A DNA stretch of 64,000 nt, taken from the NCBI GenBank assembly GCA_032906705.1, contig JAJTZC010000001.1, positions 9,464-73,463 of the forward strand. Reading direction: 5' to 3'. The position numbers were made by a program, and so were the translations under genes. The notes under the pieces were generated by a model that saw only the letters and a program-made list of their open reading frames with translations, made no database searches and was not told the DNA's origin. Below, in pieces: positions 7,629-15,009 of this stretch (position 1 is the stretch's first letter; every line of letters begins with the position of its first letter). This DNA is from Nitrososphaerales archaeon. GTDB lineage: Archaea; Thermoproteota; Nitrososphaeria; Nitrososphaerales; Gagatemarchaeaceae.

Positions 7629-8810
7629 TCACTCCCTTCGCTTGGGCGCGACTGTGCGCAACACGCCGACTACCTTTGCTCCCACGATTTTCTGCCACGC
7701 CTCCTTCTCGAAATCGAAGCGGAGGTCGACGGCCTCCGTCGTGGCCTTTGGCTCCTTGAACCTCCCCAGAACGGTGGCCTCGGCTGCGTAGGTGCTACCC
7801 CCCACGTGCCTGACGAAGACGTGGAACGACTTGGAGCAGCGGGAGCACTCGGAGACGACTCTGCTGACAGTGTCGGGTTCCATGGTTCTCCCATTCCCTC
7901 TGGGGTCCGAGGGGATCTGGGTCGCCTGGATCTTGCCTCTGAGCTGCAGCATGTTCTCTCCCCTGCAGCGCGGGCATCCGACGACGATGACCCCCTTCTT
8001 GTGGACCTCGAACTGCTTCGAGTCACCCCGCTTGCTCCCTCCCCTGGCGGTCGCCCCCTTCGTCTCGGCTCCCTGCTTCTCTTCTCCGACCGGGCCCTTC
8101 TCCTCGGCCCCCTTCTTCTTGTAGTCCGGGAATAAGCCCGGAAACCACTCAAACACGAAGACGCCCTCCCTGTCCTTGACCGCGGGCTCGATGTCGTCGC
8201 TCCTCATGCCGGAGCCCGCGACGTAGGCCGCCGCCGTGTAGAACTCCCGCCCGTCGTCGATTTTGGCGAGCCTCTCGAGCTGCGCGAGCCTGAACCTGAA
8301 GTTGGCCGCTCCCTCTATCTTGTACAGCCGTAGGATTTTCGCATCCCCGAGCTTCTCCGCAACGACCAGCAGGCGCGCCAGCCCCTCGTCAAGGTCACGG
8401 GAGTCGATCGAACCTCTGATCTTCCCGATGCCCGACACCTCCTCCAGGACGGAGACGCCCTGCCTCTCCCCTCTCTCCTCGTCGTTCTCCTTCTTCGCCT
8501 TGACGAACATCTGCAGCTCCGAGATGTTGGTGTCGATGTAGGCGTTGTACGTCGCGAAGCGCTCGTCCCGCGTCTTTTCATAGAGGGATTTCAGAGCCAG
8601 GAACCGCCTCACCCCGATGTAGACGCAGTATCCCTCCCCGTCCTCCCTCAGCACCAGCCTCCCCGGGTTGATCTGGCCGTTGGGGGTGTTCTCGTCGGCT
8701 GCGGACCTGATTGAGTCCGCGAGCGAGTCTACGTCGTAGCTGAAGCGGAAGGTCAGCCTGGGGTGGGTCGCTATCAGCTTGAGAGGGATGGCAGATACTT
8801 GGACCGCCAT
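7629..8810 (-). CDS. ParB/sulfiredoxin-fold N-terminal domain protein with C-terminal CxxC...CxxC zinc ribbon
   Basis: N-terminus is IPLKLIATHPRLTFRFSYDVDSLADSIRS...YCVYIGVRRFLALKSL (ParB-N-like GxRR motif). A K/E/G-rich linker follows, then CPRC...CSRC. Start taken at MAVQVSAIPL, 10 nt after the upstream stop. Confidence 0.6.
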   Translation of the reverse strand: MAVQVSAIPLKLIATHPRLTFRFSYDVDSLADSIRSAADENTPNGQINPGRLVLREDGEGYCVYIGVRRFLALKSLYEKTRDERFATYNAYIDTNISELQMFVKAKKENDEERGERQGVSVLEEVSGIGKIRGSIDSRDLDEGLARLLVVAEKLGDAKILRLYKIEGAANFRFRLAQLERLAKIDDGREFYTAAAYVAGSGMRSDDIEPAVKDREGVFVFEWFPGLFPDYKKKGAEEKGPVGEEKQGAETKGATARGGSKRGDSKQFEVHKKGVIVVGCPRCRGENMLQLRGKIQATQIPSDPRGNGRTMEPDTVSRVVSECSRCSKSFHVFVRHVGGSTYAAEATVLGRFKEPKATTEAVDLRFDFEKEAWQKIVGAKVVGVLRTVAPKRRE

Positions 8811-8820
8811 TGTCCCGAGC

Positions 8821-9993
8821 TCATCCCTGCCAAGCGGCCAGCTCGGGCTTGACCACAAGCGACCTCAGGGCAGAAGGCCTGAGGTGATGCCTCCTGGCCA
8901 CCTCGTCTCTCAGCCCCCTGGGGACCAAGCCGTCGCAGACCTCGAAGAGAGCCATCTCCGCCAGCTTCCTGGGCGACCTACCCCGCCCGTCCCCAAGCTT
9001 CTCGGCGAAGCTCTTCGCGTATTCCGCGTTCACCATCTGCAGGACGCCTGCCTCTCTGAGGAGCCTTTCTGTCAGCGGCAGCTTCGAGACCGAGTACTTC
9101 CTCAACAGCACCCTCGGGTCGGGGCTGCCTCCGGGCGAACCGCCGGAGAGCCTGGCCTCCTTGAGCACCTTGAACAACTCGAAGCTCCTGTCATCTGCCC
9201 TGATGACAAACTCTGTCGGCCGGCGGGGTTCCACCCTCTTGGGGTCATAGCCATCTGTGGTCAGCCGGGCGTTCCTCAGTTCGAAGAGCGCGCTACCGTC
9301 GGAAGCGAAGAGCGGTATCCTAAGCTTCCTGTATAGGCCCTCGGTGTAGGACCTGAAGGGCCGCTCGCTGCCGTCCACCAGAACGCGAATCTTCCCCTCT
9401 GGCGCAGGATAGACCTCTACGACCAGGTCTCTCAGTTTGTCCATTCCCGCATGCACCTGGGAAATGCAGGAAGCGACCTCCGTCAGGGTCCTCCCGTGCC
9501 GAATGAACTCTTGGGTGACGGAAACGATGGCTGCCTTCGTGGGCCCGAGGTCGTCCATGATCTTGACCGCTAGCCGTTCCGCGTTCTGCCTGACAGAGGC
9601 CTTGACCTCGGGGGAGGCGTTGAACCGCTCGACCAGTGACCCGATCTCCTTTCTCAACGGTGCCATTCCCTTCTCCTGCTGCATCGAGAGGGCGTAGGAG
9701 CCGTGCGCTCTGGCGCCGACGTTCCTTCCGAGAATCTTGGAAAGTTCCCGCCTGTCCGGCGGAGCGGCTCCGACGGGACTGGCCCCACCCCTGAATCCGG
9801 GCCCACAGCCTCCGCAGACGCCGTCCTCGAGGGGGGAGCCGCATTCTTCGCACAGTTCGAGAGGCTCTCCGTCCCCGACGGGCATGCACGGCGAGGAGAA
9901 TCCCGCTTTTAACGCGGGCCACGCGAAGACGCAGGCGGAAGACAAACCGCCCGTCCCCGAGAAGGGGTCAGAAACGCACGAACTTTCTGACAT
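8821..9993 (-). CDS. zinc-ribbon protein with a TFIIB/cyclin-like segment (TFB-like element protein)
   Basis: CEECGSPLEDGVCGGCG ribbon followed by VKASVRQNAERLAVKIMDDLGPTKAAIVSVTQEFIRHGRTLTEVASC. Second ATG (9993) is preceded by GAAGGAGG. No Walker motif. Confidence 0.5.
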   Translation of the reverse strand: MSESSCVSDPFSGTGGLSSACVFAWPALKAGFSSPCMPVGDGEPLELCEECGSPLEDGVCGGCGPGFRGGASPVGAAPPDRRELSKILGRNVGARAHGSYALSMQQEKGMAPLRKEIGSLVERFNASPEVKASVRQNAERLAVKIMDDLGPTKAAIVSVTQEFIRHGRTLTEVASCISQVHAGMDKLRDLVVEVYPAPEGKIRVLVDGSERPFRSYTEGLYRKLRIPLFASDGSALFELRNARLTTDGYDPKRVEPRRPTEFVIRADDRSFELFKVLKEARLSGGSPGGSPDPRVLLRKYSVSKLPLTERLLREAGVLQMVNAEYAKSFAEKLGDGRGRSPRKLAEMALFEVCDGLVPRGLRDEVARRHHLRPSALRSLVVKPELAAWQG

Positions 9994-10053
9994 CTTGTTA
10001 CGCTTTCCTCCTTCAGTAAACACTTAAATCTTCCGTAGTCTTACCAAGTAACT

Positions 10054-10410
10054 ATGCCGGACAGGGGGTTCCGTACAATTACTGTTACCGAAGCGATTTA
10101 CGACCAGGTCAAGCAACGCGCCAAGAAGGAGAAGAAGAGCGCGGCGACCTACGTGAGCGAGATCCTGCAGGTGATGCTCTACATCGAGGACAGGTTCTCC
10201 AACTACGCCCCCTTCCTGGAGCTGATCTCGCTCGGCAAGGACGAGGTCGTGATACGGGATAACAAGAAGGACAGGATAGTCGGCGTGAAGGCAAGGGCGG
10301 CTGAAGGGGGGAAGGTGAAGTTCTACTGCGAGCTCGACGGCACTGACTACTGCCCGCACACGGCCTTCGCGGCTGCGCTGCCGCAAGTAAGAAACGCCAT
10401 CAGACGCTGA
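10054..10410 (+). CDS. ribbon-helix-helix (CopG/MetJ-like) DNA-binding protein with a C-terminal C-x8-C-x-H module
   Basis: N-terminus RTITVTEAIYDQVKQRAKKEKKSAATYVSEIL fits a strand-helix-helix pattern. C-terminus is FYCELDGTDYCPHTAFAAAL. Divergent from the element gene string. Confidence 0.55.
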   Translation: MPDRGFRTITVTEAIYDQVKQRAKKEKKSAATYVSEILQVMLYIEDRFSNYAPFLELISLGKDEVVIRDNKKDRIVGVKARAAEGGKVKFYCELDGTDYCPHTAFAAALPQVRNAIRR

Positions 10411-10423
10411 AGAATCAAAGTAA

Positions 10424-11023
10424 CTACCGCCGAGGCACTGTTACGTCTTCGGTTGACGGAGCATGTGTCTCTGATTTCCTGTGATGTTCAAGTTTGGCCC
10501 TTGGAATCAGCAGGGCCATAAGAACACCGATCAAACAGATTGCCGTAGCAAGCAGGAACGTGTCGCTAAACCCCTGAATCGCGCCTTGGTAGAGCGCGAT
10601 TCTCTGATTCATTCCTGACTGCTGCATGCTTGAGGCAACGTGAGACCGCATGGCGGTCTCAAGGAACTGTGGGAGAATAGCAACTCCGAACGGGCCGCCA
10701 AGGTTCCTCATCGTGTTGAATATGCCAGAAGCAGAACCTCTCTTCTCCGATGGGGCGAGCATGATTACTGCTCGTCCAAGTGGTGGCAGCACGACACCTA
10801 TCCCTATGCCGGAAAGCGTGGATGCCAGAGCGATGAACCAGTAGGCAGTTTCACCGTTGAGGTAGCTGAACAGGTAGAGGCCCAACGTCGACACGGCTCC
10901 GCCTAGAGGGGGAGGGAAAGGGGGAAGAATTGAGCTATTTCGTGTAAAAGGGGCTGTTTTGGGAATACACCCCATCGAGGGGTGTGTAAGAGCTATACTG
11001 AGACTCGAAGCTAGCTTTTGCAA
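10424..11023 (-). pseudogene. 5'-truncated MFS (DHA2/EmrB-like) transporter fragment
   Basis: Only about 150 C-terminal residues look MFS-like (GIGIGVVLPPLGRAVIMLAPSEKRGSASGIFNTMRNLGGPFGVAI...). The N-terminal ~45 aa of the ORF are not MFS-like. The next gene starts 18 nt upstream, leaving no room for the missing ~300 aa. Confidence 0.55.
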
Positions 11024-11040
11024 TTGTGTCGCATAACTGT

Positions 11041-11502
11041 CTACAGACGCCTCAGTGTCTTCCGTGCTTCATATAATGAAATCCCAACTGCTGCAACATT
11101 AACGACAATCGCAAAGAAATAGAGTGAGCTAATCGTCACGGGCTTCAGAAAAGCAAGCAGAATGAAGAGTGTGACGCCAAAGAAGGCTACATACGCTGTC
11201 TGCGTGGGAACGGAAATTCGCCTTATCCTCATGACATTTTCCAACACCATCTTGTCGATGACATATCCGTCTTGCTCCTCTCGGATGAGACCGAGCCGTA
11301 AGAGTTTCCTGATGTGATACTGAGATACGGAAGGAGAGCTTAGCCCTAGTGCCTTCTGGACGTCAGAGATTCCCACCGGTCGGCCCTGCTTGAGCATATA
11401 ACGATAGACCCTGTATGTAGTTCCCTTGAGATAAGCCTCGGGAATCTCGCTGGTGTCTTTCGGGGGTGCATCAGCCACATTTACGTCCCGATCTTCCTTC
11501 AT
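11041..11502 (-). CDS. membrane-tethered winged-helix (ArsR-like) transcriptional regulator
   Basis: YRVYRYMLKQGRPVGISDVQKALGLSSPSVSQYHIRKLLRLGLI is followed by two C-terminal hydrophobic helices. Confidence 0.65.
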   Translation of the reverse strand: MKEDRDVNVADAPPKDTSEIPEAYLKGTTYRVYRYMLKQGRPVGISDVQKALGLSSPSVSQYHIRKLLRLGLIREEQDGYVIDKMVLENVMRIRRISVPTQTAYVAFFGVTLFILLAFLKPVTISSLYFFAIVVNVAAVGISLYEARKTLRRL

Positions 11503-11607
11503 GCGCTGACGGTATATTACTACAGATTAGTAAGGCTAACAATTGCCCTTCCTAAAGCGTAGCAATGTATAACCTGCCTACCCAAGGATGAGCTGAGGTA
11601 ATTCGAA

Positions 11608-12591
11608 TTGGCGGAATACAAAAGGGAGATTGGTGCGGCGGTCGCGGTAGCAGTCGTGTTGGCGATTGTCGTGGGGGCTACTGCGATTTTCTACTTTCCA
11701 AGTCCCTCAGGTTTGACTAGAAGTACTTCCACCGGTGGCCTGGTTTCTACGCAGACAGCCACAGTAGCATCCAGAACTACCCCCCTTGCTCAGACTTATA
11801 CTAATGTGACTATGGCTGCGGATACCAGCTTGACTGTCAATCGCATCCAAGGGCTTCTTCAGACCAGCTCGAACGCAACCACGATTGCTCAATCATTGGC
11901 TTTGCAACTGAACGAACAGCCGATCCGCCTTGTATCCCAAAGGCTACCAACCTGTTCCGACAATTCAATACTCTGTACTCAAGCAACATACCTGTACAAG
12001 ACTGCCGATGACTCGAACATAACTATCGCTTTCGTTAAAGGAAAATTCTATGAGCTTGACTATATCGCACAAGATTACTGGAGACTAACTTACGGAAATG
12101 CGACAACTAATCTTTCGTTTAACACGACCAAGGCCGACGTAGCGGTCGAGCAACTCATGGCAAACACCTTCGGAGTCTCTCTAGGCAACATGGCACTTGT
12201 CAATCAATTTTCCCCGGTTCTTAGTTCTACCAACTATCAGATCCAGTGGGCCCAGGGATATCAAGGGGTTCCCATCGCAAATAGTGGCGTCATCTTTTTT
12301 CAGTTCTATCCTCCAACCTCGAAGCTCGTTCGAATAATCATCGATGAAAATGATGGTTGGTATCAGATACCGCCGAACTTTCCGTTCAAGGTGCAGCCTT
12401 CGGCGGCACTAAGCTCCGTTGAGGGATATGCTGCCAGTAATCTTCACATGAGCTCGATTGAGTATACCAGTGTTTCCCTGCAAGTGGTCGGAAACCAAAT
12501 GTATTACGCGATTACGGTGTCCAACTTTATCAAGAGCTACCTCCTCTTTGTGAATCCAAGAACTGGCGAAATCGGCTTTCCACAATCTTAG
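11608..12591 (+). CDS. N-terminally anchored extracellular protein with PepSY-like C-terminal repeat signature
   Basis: TM helix AAVAVAVVLAIVVGATAIFYF, many sequons, and a C-terminal ...MYYAITVSNFIKSYLLFVNPRTGEIG (PepSY-like 'tGei' ending). Lower-GC DNA. Confidence 0.6.
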   Translation: MAEYKREIGAAVAVAVVLAIVVGATAIFYFPSPSGLTRSTSTGGLVSTQTATVASRTTPLAQTYTNVTMAADTSLTVNRIQGLLQTSSNATTIAQSLALQLNEQPIRLVSQRLPTCSDNSILCTQATYLYKTADDSNITIAFVKGKFYELDYIAQDYWRLTYGNATTNLSFNTTKADVAVEQLMANTFGVSLGNMALVNQFSPVLSSTNYQIQWAQGYQGVPIANSGVIFFQFYPPTSKLVRIIIDENDGWYQIPPNFPFKVQPSAALSSVEGYAASNLHMSSIEYTSVSLQVVGNQMYYAITVSNFIKSYLLFVNPRTGEIGFPQS

Positions 12592-13338
12592 AGCACAGAA
12601 ATAAGTTGACTCTAGTCTGGTTATCGAGCGGTGGTCAATTATGGACTCGCACGTCAGGATTCGCTTAAATAATTAGGTGCATCCCTTCCGGCCCATACCC
12701 GTGTGGTATTTGATTTCAATCAACCGGTGTCTTTCGCAATCTTCACGCCGTTAAGTGCCCACCCGCTCAATCGTCACATGACCGACGACCCAGAGAACCT
12801 CCGCCGTGTCATCCGCCTCATCGAGGAGATGGACGCCTACTTCGCAAGGCCCCGGAACCCTCTCGCCCTGCGGCTGCCCCGGGCGCAAAGAGAAAGCGGC
12901 CCTAGGGATGTCCGTCAAGCTTAACTGAGAGATTCTCCCCTGTCCGCCAAGCCTGACTGACATTCCCAAACGTGCTCGCAAATAGGTTGCCGCTCTCGGA
13001 CGGAGCTGGTGCTGGGCCGCCTCAGGGACGGGACGAAGTTGTTCTTCCGGAGCGTAGCTGTCGCCTCATGTCCGCGAGCTCCTCGACCCAGCGCGCAAGC
13101 TCCTTCCTCGGGACCGGGACGTATTCCTCGCTCAATTTCCTTCCATCATTCTGACGTGGGGGGGCATTTAACGGCAACTGAGGCGCCGGTCCCAACCCCT
13201 TTCGACGCTGCCCAACCCGATGCCCTGTTCCAGCATCGCCAGCGTAATTGACTGGAGGCGACCCCACCCTGGAGAATCTCTGGCAGCCGCGAACTGGCAT
13301 CGGTCTTCGTTAAGTTCGGTCACCGACCCATTGGCCGA

Positions 13339-13533
13339 TTGAGCCTAGCACCTTCAGAGGGGGTCAGTATCGTCGAACTGAAGAGAGCGGCCGGGACCCT
13401 GCTGCCCTCCTCGAGCGCTTTGAGGGAGCTGATTCTGTCCGAACCAGACTTCCTGCCGAGCGACGAAGTCTCGGTCAGGATCAGGATGTACTCAAGGCTG
13501 CTCTACGGCGAATTGAAGCGCTCCGCCGCCTGA
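13339..13533 (+). CDS. 64-aa hypothetical ORF
   Basis: TTG-start ORF convergent with the integrase and followed by an 8-bp stem hairpin. Weak support. Confidence 0.2.
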   Translation: MSLAPSEGVSIVELKRAAGTLLPSSSALRELILSEPDFLPSDEVSVRIRMYSRLLYGELKRSAA

Positions 13534-13614
13534 CAGGTCTGCCGGCCCGCCGTTTCTCAGGGCAGACCCTCTCCGGAAAAGTCACCCTGCGCCCCGCCTC
13601 CCCAGGCCCGCAGC

Positions 13615-15009
13615 TCAAGCCCCGCCCGACGGCAGCCTGACTATAGCCTCCCCGGAGGGCAGGGTGGAGAGGTACTCCCACCCTTCTTCGATGAATTTCT
13701 TCACCTCGTCCACCGGAACGACCTTCTGCCTGTTCCCGTTGAGCCCCAGCTTGCGCATGCTCTTCCGGTCGAGGAGCTCCTGCATCTCGGGCTCCTCGAG
13801 CGCGCCGAGGTCTCCGAGCGCGTCGATCTCCCCGTCTGTCCAGCTCGACAGCTTGAGGAACCGCCTGTTGAACATGGCTAGCGTCTCCTTCCTGCTGACC
13901 GTGCTCCGCTCCGGGAAGAACTGGACCATGCGGTACTCCTCCCTCAGCTTGTTCGCGACCTCCCTGTTGAAGCTCACCGCCGACCCCTCCACGCTGACGC
14001 CCGACCCGTAGTAGGGGTCCTTGGACCCGGGCAGGATGTGGCCCATCAGGAACTCCTGGTCCTTCTCGCCCATCATGGTGCCGTCGGGCCTCCTCCTCTT
14101 CACTGCCTCCTCGAAGGACTTGCGCAGGGCGTGCGGGTGCACCGCGCGCCACTCCTTCATCCCTGCGTTCTGGGCCGCCTGCTTGAGCACCCTGTTCACG
14201 TCGACGTCGCCCAGAGGCTTGAGCCTGCTCCTGTGGCGGGCCATGTGAGACGCGCCCGCACCCGGCGGGAAGAGTATCTCCTCGTCCCCTATCTTCCCGA
14301 ACCTCCTCTCCCTGTCCCGGAGGTACGACTTCAGTGCGCCCGCGGAGAGGGCGTCGAAGAAGGTGAAGTATGGTATGTTGTTCTTGCAGGCCTTGTTCAG
14401 CACCCTCTTCATCTCCGGGTACACGGGGACGAGGACAGTGTCCTTGTCAAGGTCCTCATTCACGTCGCCATACCTCAGGGCCCGCAGTGTGCTGTCCCTC
14501 AGGCCCGAGGTGTAGAGGCACAGGATCATCGCCCGGTCTCGCACGGAGAGCGCCGCGTCCGCCATCCGCAGTATCTCCTCCGAGCTGGGTATGTGCTCCG
14601 GGGCCTTCCGGTACCTGGCCGGGACGGAGTACACCTCGATGTCGAGCGCACTGTCGCCCTTGAAGCCGTTCTTCCTGAAGTGGAGCAGGAGGAAGCTGCG
14701 CCTCGTCTTGACGGTCTTCCTGCTCAGCCCCTTCGATAGCGCCTGGTCGAGGTAGGAGTGGACCAGGTCCTCTATCTCCGCCCTCGGGAGACGGACCAGC
14801 TCGTCCGGGTTCTTTCCTGCGAACCTGCAGAACTGGCCCATGATGGCGACGTAGAGCCCGACCGAGGAGTAGCTTGGGACCCCGTAGCCCATGGCCTTGC
14901 GCTGGAGGTGCCTCAGCACGTTCTGCACGCTAAAATAGCCGCTATTCCATCCCTCGACCTTGACCTCGGCGAAGTTCTTCGGCGGGTAGGGCAACGCTCT
15001 CCATGACAA
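13615..15009 (-). CDS. tyrosine recombinase/integrase with a ~130-aa C-terminal extension
   Basis: Catalytic signature in order: ...LYTSGLRDSTLRAL... (Arg), HPHALRKSF (His-x-x-Arg), MGHILPGSKDPYY (His...Tyr). N-terminal SAM-like part present. Confidence 0.85.
   Translation of the reverse strand: MSWRALPYPPKNFAEVKVEGWNSGYFSVQNVLRHLQRKAMGYGVPSYSSVGLYVAIMGQFCRFAGKNPDELVRLPRAEIEDLVHSYLDQALSKGLSRKTVKTRRSFLLLHFRKNGFKGDSALDIEVYSVPARYRKAPEHIPSSEEILRMADAALSVRDRAMILCLYTSGLRDSTLRALRYGDVNEDLDKDTVLVPVYPEMKRVLNKACKNNIPYFTFFDALSAGALKSYLRDRERRFGKIGDEEILFPPGAGASHMARHRSRLKPLGDVDVNRVLKQAAQNAGMKEWRAVHPHALRKSFEEAVKRRRPDGTMMGEKDQEFLMGHILPGSKDPYYGSGVSVEGSAVSFNREVANKLREEYRMVQFFPERSTVSRKETLAMFNRRFLKLSSWTDGEIDALGDLGALEEPEMQELLDRKSMRKLGLNGNRQKVVPVDEVKKFIEEGWEYLSTLPSGEAIVRLPSGGA

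Larger units (their letters stand above)
6033..15009. mobile_element. integrated element or element remnant (integrase, ParB-like, TFB-like, RHH, wHTH genes; truncated MFS; low-GC sub-island)
   Basis: Gene content, the tight minus-strand gene string 9993->6741, compositional heterogeneity, a pseudogene, and an intact integrase at the right edge next to pyrG. Borders are not defined because no convincing att repeats were found by eye. Confidence 0.5.

Noticed and set aside
7338-8135. 265-aa + strand ORF, plus similar alternative-frame or antisense ORFs (7670..8152, 13481..14152, 14038..14739, 15816..16499, 50207..50899, 44644..45324, 35367..35987)
   Set aside because: Each lies inside or opposite a gene with a recognisable domain signature. 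All have extreme Arg/Pro/Gly/Ser content.
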